The notes: generated by a model not told the origin, from the sequence alone. 64,000 nucleotides of DNA from Setoptus koraiensis (GCA_048013815.1 CM106585.1:24118001-24182000); one strand, 5' to 3'. Shown: positions 41,384 through 52,056, counted from the stretch's first letter. Numbers and translations are program-made.

Positions 41384-41648
41384 CAATGTTTGTCTTTGTG
41401 GTTGATAAGCCATGATTGTGACTATGATTGTGATGGGCAAAATTGATCACTTTAATAGTTGTGGCTTTAGATGACAGTATTTGCTGCTTTTTCTTGTTCT
41501 GTTGCTGTTCAGCTATTGCTGTTGCACAATTAACCGGCTGACAATTAATTCTTTTCACTGTTACCGATTGCCCATTGTCTGATTGCTGCTGCTGCGACTG
41601 CTTCATGTAGCCACCACCCAGTGGGGCCCGTTGAGCCATCGAGGCCAT
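1..41648 (-). CDS. FHOD: FHOD/Fhos-family formin (GBD/FH3-FH1-FH2), 8 coding exons in window, 3' end beyond the left edge; >=2000 codons: join(41648..40704,40222..39990,20589..20531,11235..11168,10956..10848,10024..9930,9076..8965,4380..<1)
   Basis: All junctions are GT-AG with consistent phases (0,2,1,0,1,0,1). The spliced peptide reads [12 protein letters not shown]...APHR|LEDCTLQ...[21 protein letters not shown]|[20 protein letters not shown]|[23 protein letters not shown]|[23 protein letters not shown]...NYILR|[16 protein letters not shown]...|[18 protein letters not shown], which are diagnostic FHOD motifs. Confidence 0.95.
4382..4418. repeat. 13-bp tandem repeat (tgcatgtattgat) x~3 abutting the giant-exon acceptor
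   Basis: tgcatgtattgat tgcatatattgat tgcatgtattg. Confidence 0.8.
6189..6252. repeat. 13-bp minisatellite (attgcggcccgtt) x5
   Basis: Directly visible tandem copies. Confidence 0.95.
8965..9076 (-). CDS. FHOD: FHOD exon (FH3): [38 protein letters not shown]
   Basis: acag|TAT ... GAG|gtaagt; 112 nt; phase 0 in, phase 1 out. Confidence 0.93.
9930..10024 (-). CDS. FHOD: FHOD exon (FH3): [32 protein letters not shown]
   Basis: tttag|CT ... CAG|gtaaat; 95 nt; phase 1 in, phase 0 out. Confidence 0.93.
10377..10434. repeat. Perfect inverted repeat, 26-bp arms with a 6-nt loop
   Basis: caagccgcatcatctgacaattggtt / aaccaattgtcagatgatgcggcttg are exact reverse complements. Confidence 0.97.
10848..10956 (-). 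CDS. FHOD: FHOD exon (FH3): [36 protein letters not shown]
   Basis: ccag|CAG GAT ... AGAG|gtaagt; tandem NAGNAG acceptor; 109 or 106 nt. Confidence 0.93.
11168..11235 (-). CDS. FHOD: FHOD exon: [23 protein letters not shown]
   Basis: tttttcacag|AC ... CAG|gtaagt; 68 nt; not in the ORF track. Confidence 0.93.
13120..13258. repeat. (acagcaaca)n / (CAA)n compound microsatellite
   Basis: Visible 9-mer and 3-mer repeats. Confidence 0.9.
14107..14172. repeat. 11-bp minisatellite (gcaatNgttgY) x6
   Basis: gcaatcgttgt x2, gcaattgttgt, gcaatggttgc x2, gcaattgttgc. Confidence 0.9.
16083..16124. repeat. Inverted repeat: 16-bp perfect arms around a gtgcgcac core
   Basis: ctggctatcattggcc a gtgcgcac c ggccaatgatagccag. 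Confidence 0.93.
17199..17310. repeat. 14-bp minisatellite (cactgtaatagact) x6 plus 2 degenerate copies
   Basis: Directly visible. Confidence 0.95.
18726..18783. repeat. Perfect inverted repeat, 20-bp arms with an 18-nt loop
   Basis: agaatttacactgaatatac / gtatattcagtgtaaattct. Confidence 0.96.
20531..20589 (-). CDS. FHOD: FHOD micro-exon (59 nt): [20 protein letters not shown]
   Basis: ttattag|C ... ATAG|gtaagt; conserved LRTQLSVRV motif; phases 2/1 match both neighbouring exons; flanked by 19.4 kb and 9.3 kb introns. Confidence 0.92.
21371..21410. repeat. 8-bp repeat (cagcgaaa) x5
   Basis: Directly visible. Confidence 0.9.
21631..21707. repeat. (GTT)n microsatellite, about 25 units
   Basis: Longest pure trinucleotide run seen in the window. 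Confidence 0.97.
23420..23463. repeat. 8-bp repeat (acagccgg) x5
   Basis: Directly visible, two variant units. Confidence 0.88.
24931..24980. repeat. 12-bp repeat (tatacaggtgag) x4 containing 5' splice-site consensus
   Basis: CAGGTAAGC at 24935; CAGGTGAGT at 24947, 24959 and 24971. Confidence 0.9.
25661..25705. repeat. 10-bp repeat (tacagttagt) x4
   Basis: Directly visible. Confidence 0.9.
25714..25741. repeat. Perfect 28-bp palindrome
   Basis: agacaagtgcaaac|gtttgcacttgtct. Confidence 0.95.
28811..28870. repeat. 10-bp repeat with TGACG core x6
   Basis: gtgacgcata atgacgcaaa gtgacgtaaa gtgacgtata gtgaggttta gtgacgttta. Confidence 0.85.
29206..29696 (-). CDS. Candidate alternative first coding exon of FHOD ([15 protein letters not shown]...)
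   Basis: ATG-initiated ORF, among the longest in this intron, ending AG|gtgagc in phase 2, the phase the 20589 exon requires. A second in-frame phase-2 donor AG|gtatga lies near 29502. No homology recognised. Confidence 0.4.
29958..30083. repeat. 14-bp minisatellite (gtggatagtccatg) x~7 with degenerate flanks
   Basis: Directly visible. Confidence 0.95.
30300..30390. repeat. 15-bp minisatellite (cgatatatagctagt grading to cgatttatagttagc) x6
   Basis: Directly visible, with stepwise divergence. Confidence 0.93.
32358..32426. repeat. (CAG)/(CAA)n microsatellite
   Basis: Directly visible. Confidence 0.95.
36479..36560. repeat. Inverted repeat, 17-bp perfect arms with a 48-nt spacer
   Basis: tctgtccagatatctca / tgagatatctggacaga. 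Confidence 0.92.
38938..38957. repeat. Perfect 20-bp palindrome
   Basis: gactagtcag|ctgactagtc. Confidence 0.9.
39990..40222 (-). CDS. FHOD: FHOD exon 2: [11 protein letters not shown]...[24 protein letters not shown]
   Basis: gacag|CTT ... AAG|gtgagt; 233 nt; FHOD N-terminal domain motif YLDLELSL. Confidence 0.92.
40704..41648 (-). CDS. FHOD: FHOD first coding exon: Q/T-rich extension plus start of the GBD ([12 protein letters not shown]...LRAPHR)
   Basis: ATG at 41648 with an in-frame TGA shortly upstream; donor CGC|gtaagt; 315 codons. Confidence 0.88.
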
Positions 41649-43212
41649 CGAGTTGGTAATTCAAGACAATGCAACAGTGCGACTAATAATTGTTTGACAC
41701 AGTGCTTGCGATCAAAATAAAACAAACACAGCAAACGTAAACGACAGTATTCAAGCCAATCTGACATATGATCTGACGAGTTTGTTCCTCGAGCGACACT
41801 TGATCTTTATTCTATTTTTTGTTTTTGTGTCGATTAGTGACACCTGTCTGCGATTGTGATGCACTTGTCAAGTTGAGATAAATAATAAATAATAAAATCA
41901 ATTGTCAATTATTGACTATTGACTATGATTTGATTACATCAGGATGATGCGATTGTGCGATGATGACGATGTTAGCTGATGAGCACACTCTTCATTAGTG
42001 CAAATAATTAAAGTGATGTAATGCTCTATCTATATTAATGCTGTTGTCAATGTAATTTTAACTTGCTGACGCAATATGTAATGTAATGTGATGCAATGCA
42101 ATGTTGCGTCCTGGTTGTGTGATGCACTCGAGTCAACGCCAGAATCTCAACTGACAGGTGTATGTTTGTCGGCGGCTAGACAACAGCAGGCAACAACAAC
42201 AACAACAACCTGTCGTTGTTGTTCACTGGATGCAAGCCGTAAGTTACGCAAGGTACAAGTTTAACGCGCATGCGTCGGCAACTGGCTAATGTTGTTGGTC
42301 ACGGCTAATCTGTTTGGTTAGCCAATGCTGGCCAGTGGTTTGTAAACAAATGTGGGACTGGCCAGTTGTTGGCCAGCTAGCTTGTTGCCGCGAACAGCCG
42401 CGAAGTCAGCTGTTTTAGCAACGAGGCTTGTGCAACTCTCACACACATGTATATTGTCAGGACATAGCCGGCCTGACCAGTCGGTTAGTGACACCATCAA
42501 ACAATGACAATTGACCCAAACATTGATCATTATCACTGGCACTATCATCAAGCAGCCAATCAATCGCTCACATTATCTGCTCTGTCATATATCAACCCGA
42601 TATTTACTAGATCAAAGAGCAATCGTTTGAGGCCACTAAGTCGCGGGGGCTCCTTTCGAATCACCGAGAATCGCCTGGAAAGGTGGCAATGATAATACAT
42701 TATTTCAAATGTTGGATTGCCACTCGGGGCCAAGTTGAACACTTGAAGATCAATGGACAAAAAGTCGGCCTAGTTGCGTTACATCACGCAAAACAGCCAC
42801 CATCAATTGAGCTGACAAGGTAAATTAGCTAAACATATTTACGGAGCATTCAGCAAATCTGAGCACATTACGCATGTATTTTCTGGCATGATCATAATTC
42901 ATGTAATAACTAGACAGGCTGCACAATTGGATCCTGGTGCCTCGGAAATCATATATTATTATATTATGTAGTATGTAGTATATGTGACTTTCATCGTCCA
43001 AAGTGTACGCGCTTGTGGAGCGCAATATGCAGCAGATTCAAGAACAAATGACAAGATTCAAGAACAAGCATGGAGAATCGAACAAAGCCGCACAATAGAC
43101 ACTGGGATATGCTGTTCACAGTATCATGAGATTATATTGGATAAAGAGACAACTTGAACTCATAAGGCACACTAAGAAGCCAGCGACAAAATAACAGCCC
43201 AGAGAGACTTAC

Positions 43213-43884
43213 CAGTTTGGCCATTAATTGCGACTTGACTTGTATCAAATGACCATCATTAGTTGCATGTGGCATTGTTGATATTTCATTAGCTTTTGCC
43301 GGTGCCGTTGCAGTTGCTAATCTTGGTCGTTTCACTGTTGTCTTTTTGCTGCTGTTGTTGTCAGAATTTTTGCTTGTTGTTGCTGCTGTGTCCGCATCGT
43401 TGCCACTATCTAATTCATCTGAGGCATCATCAGAAGAATTAGCAGCATGGCTATTTGTTGCAATACATTTTTTGCCAGTATTTATATTATTGTTATTAAT
43501 CTTTTTGCTGTTTTCATCTCTATTTGTTGAACTTATGCTCCTGCTACTAGTTGTGCTGCTGCTGCTGCTATTATTATTACTACCACTGGTCTCGTCCAGC
43601 AATTTTTGTCTGTTGATTGTACTCTCGTTTTTGGTTATTACCGTGCTCCGACTGGCGTTGCTATAGCAATCGTCATCGTCGTCATCGTCATCATCATCAT
43701 TGTTGTTATCGCCATTATAATTATCATCGTCGCAATTGTTGTAGTTGTTGTTGTTGCCGGTATGGTGAGATTGGCGGTCGCGCTCATCATAACCATTGTC
43801 ATCGTAACGACAGCGATCATCTTCATTGTTAGGTAATGATTCAATTGGCACTGAATCAGTGCTCAACATACTTGCAATGGTCAT
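43213..43884 (-). CDS. D/N/S-rich coding exon ending in a phase-0 donor; probable alternative first exon of FHOD, or a separate gene
   Basis: 224 codons from ATG at 43884 to CTG|gtaagt. Low-complexity composition resembles the FHOD linker. Phase 0 matches the FHOD exon-2 acceptor. Confidence 0.5.
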
Positions 43885-46312
43885 CTTGTTGTCGTGCGTT
43901 ATTTATAATGTTAACTTGATGATTATCACTTCTCGCACTTTATCTCACTATGAGTTATAACATTGAGATGATGATCAAATCAACAACAAATATTTCGTGT
44001 GCGCGAGTGAGTGTTGTAACTACAAACACTTTAAACCAATTTTAATTTTTCTTTGACACACAAGAACAAAGAAGAGGAACAAACAAATTCTTGTAATGTA
44101 ATGTGCTGGTAATTTGTTGTAATGTGTTGTTATTCGTGTATGTGTGTTTGTTTCTCTCTGACAAACAAAAACTTCCTATTCAATCCAATCCAATGCAGTC
44201 CAATTTAATCTAACCTAACTTTGCGCTCTTTTCGTCCATGTTACTGCCGCTATAAACGCGCTGGCTCACCTCATCTCATCTTGTTTTTCTGATATAAATT
44301 GAGATTAAGCGCATCACTTGAAATATTTGACTCTTAAACTGCGTGTGCACCGACTACTAAGCTACTCCAATCGCACGTAAATAAACATCAAGTATTCTGA
44401 TTATTATGATGCTGACTAGAGTTCTCTCGCCTCAGCTCAAACAGCCGCGCTAATGGATAAAATAATGGCAATAGCACGAGGTCGTCCCCATCGAGCAAAG
44501 TCAAAGTTGAGTTTGCAGCATCAGCCTCGATGCTGTGACTGATGCCGCTGAACTGGCTGGTTGAACATGTGTATATAGTCAATATAGTCGATATATCTTG
44601 CAAACGCAATGCGATATGTAACCGTAGAGACGGGGAGACAGGGACAGACAGCAGTAGAGAGTGATGAAGAATGGAGGCCCAACTAGGAAGTGAATAGCGT
44701 CATGGCGCAAAGCCAAATATCTTGCCCTCTCTGTCTCGCTGAGCTTACTGACTCAACCTCATAAATATACCGCAATAATGCTATGTAAAAATAACTGATT
44801 TAGCAATAGTTCACCGAGCGACAACAATATCTATGCACCACAACTAAACTCAACTATATAATACACAATATGACTGAGTTTAAATTGTGATTGCATCAAC
44901 AATAAACGCTGCCGATCATCATTGTGATAACGTTTGCAAACATCATGTGAGTCCCTTGATCTATGTGCAATCATAGCGTTTGGTCCATTCTATGCGTCGG
45001 CTCTCTTCCACTCATGGGTTTGTTATACTGAGGCCAACGCCATCCTTGGCTCACAGCCAAGGTGGCTGAACTAGACTATGAAGTGTAAACAAAATGTTTG
45101 ATAATTTGACGCGTTACAGGAAGAAAAATCAGCAGCGAAGTACAATACGAGCGAAAGGAAAAATTAAAGGAAGCGTCAAATCAACAAGAACAATATTCAA
45201 TATGCATGATTAATAAAAATAAACTAGAGGGCTGACACTCAAATAGACCAATTAACACTTGTACGGACATGTTGCAAAAATAAAACTCATTTCAACTCAA
45301 TTCGGTTCCTCAATCCTCTTAGTGTTTCCCTTTTAAATTCCCGTAGTGTGCGACAGAAAGAGGGAGGAGGCAACCCCGCTACTACAACTGGGATTCGCTA
45401 TCCTTCCAGTTTTTTTATATTCTTTGAATTTTTCTGGGTAGCTTGTCTCAGCCAAACGATGACCGATCGTCAAATTAACACCATCCATCCAAAGCGTAAT
45501 TTCATGCGTATGAGCGAACGCATGGCCGAGGTGCATTCTTTCTCTATTTCATCTATTATATTCTTATCCATCCTATCGGTGACAATAAACAGTAAAGACA
45601 AAAAAAGAGATATGACGGTCGATAATGTATGTCGAGTGTAGTTTGGAAGTAAATGTCGAGATGTTAATGCTGTGGAGGATCAAGATCTTGAATTTTATCA
45701 GATGCAAGAATTCTTGGATAAAACGATCGATATCGATATAATATTAGATGTTAAGCCATTGTGCAACACGTGTTTTGGGTCACATGGCCCCCGAGAAAAT
45801 ACAGCATAGTATCAAATAAAAAAATCTCATTACATACGTGACGCACTTCTCTATTTCAGATAGAAAGTCAAATGATGAGAGACCACATGTATCAAACAAT
45901 AAAACTCACTCTCACTCAACAGAACCCATCGATTTTTCACTTTTGAATAACTCAATTAAATTCACGAATTTCATTTCCACTGAATTGAAAGGCTTGGAGT
46001 TAGACTTGACTGAATAGGACGGTTAGGACTCAAGGCCGAAATGCTCCATCTTTCGGCAAAGGTGGCCAAGATACAAGATATCTGTGGATTTATAGTGAAT
46101 TCTTTGATAAACTAGTTCAGGCAAGGTTTTAAATAGCGACCCCATCTATTTCTTTGATACTTTACTGCCGAATAGTGCATACATCTTTAAATTACATTCC
46201 TAAGAACGCTAAGGCGAGCTGCAGGAGTTACTTGACTAGGAAACAGCCGGTTAGATTTTGCCACTTGTTCTTCTTGTACACCCTCGATGATCCAATAAGA
46301 GATGTCAACTCA

Positions 46313-49300
46313 CTACCTATATTCAGTCCCTCTATTGCTAGTATCTAAAGGTTCTAATTCTTTGATATCACTATTTTCCTCGGAATAATGTATCTTGATT
46401 TCAATACCGCCCAAATCACATATATCATCTGAGAGACCTGAGTCTGATCCATTTGTTTCTACCATTGCCTTAGTAACACCTTCAGATTTTCTGCTGTGAC
46501 TCGTTTTTGGTGTTTGCAAATGATTGTTGTTCTGATTTTGGTCCACACTGTGACCTTGACGCTGATTCGAGTTGGTTGCCACTTGATTTGGGTCCAAATT
46601 GTATCGAGTTAAATTGTACAATACGGGCGGTAAATAAGAGCAAGCACAATATTCACGCCTGGATTCGGGCTGTTTACGGGTGGCTCTGTAAGTTAGATGA
46701 TTTATATTTCTGAATATGTAGAAGAAAAAATGTCCTGAAAATACCAATAATGAAACCAAGAATACAAATAAAGCCAATCCAAACACTCGACTGTAACCCG
46801 TTCGTACCAACGTTACGGTGAATATCTGCGCTTGCATCATGAGTAGAGCGATATGGACGAATATAATCGCAGTCGAATGTATCTTGCTATTGATTTTGCT
46901 GGGATTGTATACATAATACATGTTGTAACGATCAATCATATGTTTGATCAGCATGTAGATCAGCCCCGCCACTGATATCAGAGGACAGGAGAGACTATAG
47001 GTTACAACCATGGCAAATATTAGTAAAAATCTTGGATATCTAATGCCAATGGCAAAGTCCCAGACAACGTATCGACTTGCTGTGTTGCATTCCGCTTGAG
47101 AGCGAGCCGTTAGCATGTACCACAGATATATCAGAAGCTCAGGTAATCTCAGAAGTTCCTACAAATTTTATGGAAAAAGATTGTTTTTTAGAATAAAGGG
47201 TCAATCAAGCAAAATCATCCAGAATAATAGTCAATCTTAATGTAGTTTCAACCGAACTTACCATTATGTTTCCTAAGAATGCATACTGTATAGTGTAATT
47301 CACGAAGAAAGCTCCAAGTTTCACAGGAAATAGACAATTCCAAGGGAAGTCGCCTTTGGTAGCTATCATCAGAAAAAAAGCCTTAAGACTGAAAGAAAAA
47401 GAATGTATCAGAGAATTTGCTCGATTCTTAAGTCACTTTTCAGATGGTTACTTGTCTCTTACCTGGTGAGCCCCAATGAAGGCCACACTATAACCATCAA
47501 TAAGAGAAATAGATATACTTTCCACATAATGGCATGATTCTTCGCAGATAGATTCATGTATGCAATTGATTGGCAAGCTAATGTCACTATAGCCGGTAAA
47601 GCTGACGAAGCGCACACCAGTATGAAAGGTGACACAAGGCCGGGGACCTTTGAGCCGATATCCGAGGGCAGCAAGAATTGGAGCCATTGGAATAATTGTG
47701 CTATCTTCAGTTGGTCACTAGCGTTTAAAATAACTGCCGGAGTTGATATAAACACAAATAGAATTAATAATAATGAATTGACTAGTATACTGCGCAACCA
47801 TTGCATACGTAAATTAACAGATATATCACACCAATTTATATCATTAGGGTAGGGCGCATAGGATACCATCCATCGAGATATTTCGAGATCATCTGTTGTG
47901 GGTATATTTATAAGTCGAGTAAACCAAGTGGATATCTGAGTGAAAGTGTTTGCAAAAGGGCAAAAAGAGTATGCTTTCTCTTGTTGTTGACGAAGGTGCA
48001 CGTAGGCTTCTTGAGCCATTTTTTCAGTTTGAAATGTTACAAAGAATGCTCCTGTAGGGTTCATGATAGTTCGATTGAATTCTCCATTTATCTTTTGATG
48101 ATATCTCGCCTCTTGTGTAGAGTAGTATTGGATTCCATCAACTTTCTGGCAGCATTCGCAACACGCGCACATGAATCCTAATTCACCAAATGATCTTGGT
48201 CTAATCTTGAGAAGTTTACCATTTGTTTCAGAATATTCCACACAATAACAGCGCGCGTTAACCAAGTTGGTCATCTCATTTGTTAGTAAACTCAATGCCC
48301 TCACATCATAAACAGATTGCACTCCTTCGATGACGCAGTTAGGTATGGAATTTTGAAAATATATCGCAAGTAGTTCTTTGTTTCTTTTCTGTTTAGGCAC
48401 TCTTCTGATCAATAAGGTTCGTCTGGTTATTTGCTCATCATCCATCTTGATTACTCTGGAAAATCTATGCATCATAAATATTCCAATTAAACTTATAAAT
48501 GTTGTTCCGATTACATGAACCCAATACAGTGGAGAGTTCTCTGGTAAATTAATTATTGTTGTGCGAGCATATCCCTGGGTTGAGTCGAATTCTCCTCCTT
48601 GCAAGTTAACAGGCAGCACAACGAAGATACTAAATATACTGAGTACAGCTAAAAAATAAATAATATACTTTTGAAATAGTAAGTATTGTAAAGCATCATT
48701 CCCTCTACTCTTGAGTATATCAGCATCCCTAATGAGAAGTACATCCCTTAACCTATAACCAACACCAACAAATGTAGCTTGAATATTACTTGGTATGCTG
48801 TTGAGGCCGTTATCGTTCGATGGCACATTAGTATCATTGAGGAAGACACCGTTGATAGAGGGCGAACTTCGAGACAGACTGATCACATCACCATGAGACG
48901 AGTCGTTAAGATTTTTCATCATAGGTGGCATAAGAACATTGATCTGGAGATCATGTTTGTGATGAATCACTTGGCTGGTATCCCTGCTAATCATAGTCTT
49001 TGAAGCTAACTTTCTATCACCATAAATAGATTGAAGCCAACCTTTACTAGTTCTCTTTGATGTCAGATGCTTTCTATCCCAAGCAAGTCTACGCAGGATC
49101 ACGAATATTGTTAGGAAAAACTGGGAAAGAAAAGATGATTAGATAATGACTCACTATAATTTCAAGGATGAGTTGATAGTAAACTGAACAGTTAGAACTT
49201 ACTACAAACAATATGAGATTGTATATGACAGTCTCTGGAATAGCTTGCCAGCCGGCATCGAAAACAAATGTTGAGTTGGATATGTTTGGAATATTACATG

Positions 49301-49400
49301 TGCTGTTTTTCATCATAAAATCATTTTGTGGGTATGTCACAATGGATGAAAATATAGTTGAATTTGTGTCATTGTTCTGCATTTTCAATCTAGACGCCAT
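46313..49400 (-). CDS. TMEM63: TMEM63/CSC1 (OSCA family) mechanosensitive channel-like protein, 942 aa: join(49400..49203,49120..47463,47388..47262,47158..46313)
   Basis: Four GT-AG exons with consistent phases. Motifs include GNDALQYLLFQKYII, VVLPVNLQG, APYPNDINW, GAFFVNY, ELLRLPEL, WDFAIGIRY, YMLIKHMIDRYNMYYVY, and many TM segments. Confidence 0.93.
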
Positions 49401-51616
49401 TGTTACTGAATAATGTGGTCTAGGGTTGCTGAAAATTTGTTGTTATGATCAATCAATTAGTTTGAGTCCTTTATTGGCAGAAGCACTCGAAAGTGGCCAA
49501 AACTTATTTAAAATTGAATTATCGAGCACTGATTGACTAATTAGAGTGAATATGACCCGGCGAATAGTCCATAGGGCATTTATTATTGAATCATGAGATG
49601 ATTGTAATACCGATTTATCTTCCCTTGGTTGAATATTGCTCAATGGTCCCTTTAAGTAAGAGTAAATGTAGATGTTTCATTGACAACGATTATTCAATTT
49701 CTCTACAACGATGATATTATCTGAATTATCTGAGCTTTTTGAATTAATATTAGTATTGCACCAATTGTACTTGTTACTTATTACCCGTTTAGTTGGTCAG
49801 TACATTTTGGGTTTCTGCCACCTACGCTAATATGAGTATTCGACGATGAATTCACAAGCTTAATGTTATTATTATGTGACATATTTCTTCCGTTGATATA
49901 ATGCTGAATATAATGATCATCTCATCAAGTACTACTGTATGGTATGATATTGACTACCAGCATTGTTATAGTTGCCTACTATATTTAAATATTCATACAT
50001 ACAAAGTAGTGTTACGTGTCTTGTAATTCATGTAACATAAGATGATAGATTTGAAAATAAAAAGAAGTGAAATCTGCACACCAAGCCATCGTCAGTCATC
50101 GATATCTACAACTAAACATGGGAGAGACATAGATAACGCGAAATGACTTAATGCGCTGAATAATAATTTGGCTAAACTTGATGTTGGCGGTGGTATGAGC
50201 TTACGAACAATGGCGCTCTCGTGTTATTGTGTGACTATGAATCATGAGGAAATACTATTGTTGATATCAATATAAGTAGCGCATATTGTCGACTAAATCA
50301 TGATCGATATAGCTAGCTCGGGCTTGATGATGAATTTACAAATTATTATGTATTCTCATTGTGTGAAATCCATGTATAAATATAATAAAAAAATATTTAG
50401 AGAAAGTGCCGAGGTTGGTGGTTTTTCTATTGTTGTATGTACTTGTGTATACCACGAGACAAAGAAAGATAACTACCATTAGTTCGTTGTAAGATACCAC
50501 CAAGATTGTGGTTGTTGTTTCTATTATCTTCGCCTATGAGCTAACATCTTATTACAGGTAAGTTGCAGGCGCCTGCATGCCAGGTATGTGTGTGTGATCA
50601 TTAAGCATGCTAATGTTGTGTTATGAATGGCTGTTGTTTTAAGTGGCTGTTGCAATTATCGCTGCTTCAATACACAAGCTTGATATATGTAATTGCCCAA
50701 CTGAAGGCTTGTTGTGTTTTCATAGTTTTATAAATTCACAGATGATTTTGCAGTCGCTAGTAACTGGATTCTAGTTACAAGATAATGTGTGTTTGTCAAC
50801 AGTCAACGGGTCGCCTATTTTGACACTCTATCTGACTAGATATTATTGTAGGGCCTGTGGTTGTCTTGGTAAGGTTGTTAATCAATCTCGTGGTAGTTAT
50901 CAATCGGTACGAGTAATAATAATAATTAAGAAAATAATTGTTTGTCTTCCATTCCTCAGGACCGCGAGAAAGAGTCTTGATTTAGATAAATGTACTGGTA
51001 TACGGTATAGATACAGTAGACATGTATCAGACGGTATTGGACAATAATATTGGCAATACAGCCAGCTATGTAGCGTGAAGCAAACATACGCCCAAACACA
51101 TGAATATCCACATCATCGATATCTGTGGCCACTATTGCAGCTCGATAAATGTTACATGAATACTTACTTTATACCGCAGGATAGTATTCACGACTTGCTG
51201 CTCACTAGTGAGCATTCTTGTTGTCGTTCTTTCTCCCGCAATGACGCATACGCTTTTGCACTGGTACAGTAAAATCTCAGATAGTGCATTCTTCGACACG
51301 AGATTCTTCTACTGACCGTTCTTTTAACATGCCACTATCTTGTAAATGAGTCACAAAATGCACACACGCATAAGGGCCATTTGAAGAATATAGTTCAATG
51401 CTCGCTCACAAGATGTCAGACAAGGTCCACATGACGACATTTGCGGTTTGTTGCACTTGTCTAGTCTAGAGTCTAGACACGGATCATTCCCAATCAGGTG
51501 TGATCTAAGAGTGTCCAATTCACACCCAGCACGCTGCATATATAATATATGTATATAAATTTAATATACATCGATATTATTCATAATAATTTATCAGATA
51601 AACATCATAGATCAAA

Positions 51617-51892
51617 ATGAAACGCTGGATGGCCATATTTATCGCCTTGATTGCACTGGGATTTGCATGGTTGCAATTAATCAGCGGAAATATTTTAGTC
51701 TTAAGTGATGAAGAGCGCCTACACGCAATCCTAACACCATTTTACGTTATCATTTTACTTGGTATTTATGCAGCTTCATCTGTCCTATTCAAGGTTTACA
51801 CATTCAATGAATGCCAGAGTGCCTATGAAGAATTGAAAAATCAAATAGATCTAGCAAAGTCGGATCTCAAGAGTCAAGGATTCAAGATATAA
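51617..51892 (+). CDS. DPM3: Dolichol-phosphate mannosyltransferase subunit 3
   Basis: 91 aa, two TM helices, C-terminal VYTFNECQSAYEELKNQIDLAKSDLKSQGF typical of DPM3. Confidence 0.9.
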   Translation: MKRWMAIFIALIALGFAWLQLISGNILVLSDEERLHAILTPFYVIILLGIYAASSVLFKVYTFNECQSAYEELKNQIDLAKSDLKSQGFKI

Positions 51893-52017
51893 TATAAGAT
51901 TGCCGGAATAGGCTGCCTCATATCTCTTTGTTTGTCTCGTCGTTAATATATATATATACATATGTATAAATATCAAAACAACATCGAATTGGGAACCTTA
52001 TATAAATAAATTATAAA

Positions 52018-52019
<2 letters not shown>

Positions 52020-52056
<37 letters not shown>
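52020..52056. repeat. (TA)n microsatellite between convergent DPM3 and AP1M1
   Basis: Directly visible. Confidence 0.95.

Noticed and set aside
43346-43844. Several hydrophobic or repetitive ORFs overlapping the 43213-43884 exon, and similar ORFs across 5-40 kb
   Set aside because: Alternative-frame or antisense translations of trinucleotide microsatellites (poly-V/L/C/T); no domain content.
51205-51330. Minus-strand frame reading EECTI-TGA-DF, a CxxU-like selenoprotein motif
   Set aside because: Only 23 codons follow, there is no thioredoxin-fold similarity and I saw no SECIS element; most likely chance.
51168-51539. Protein-like minus-strand segments (MQRAGCELDTLRSH...; ...MLTSEQQVVNTILRYK|gtaagt)
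   Set aside because: Could not be spliced in frame to TMEM63 or to each other; possibly 5'UTR exons, so not called.
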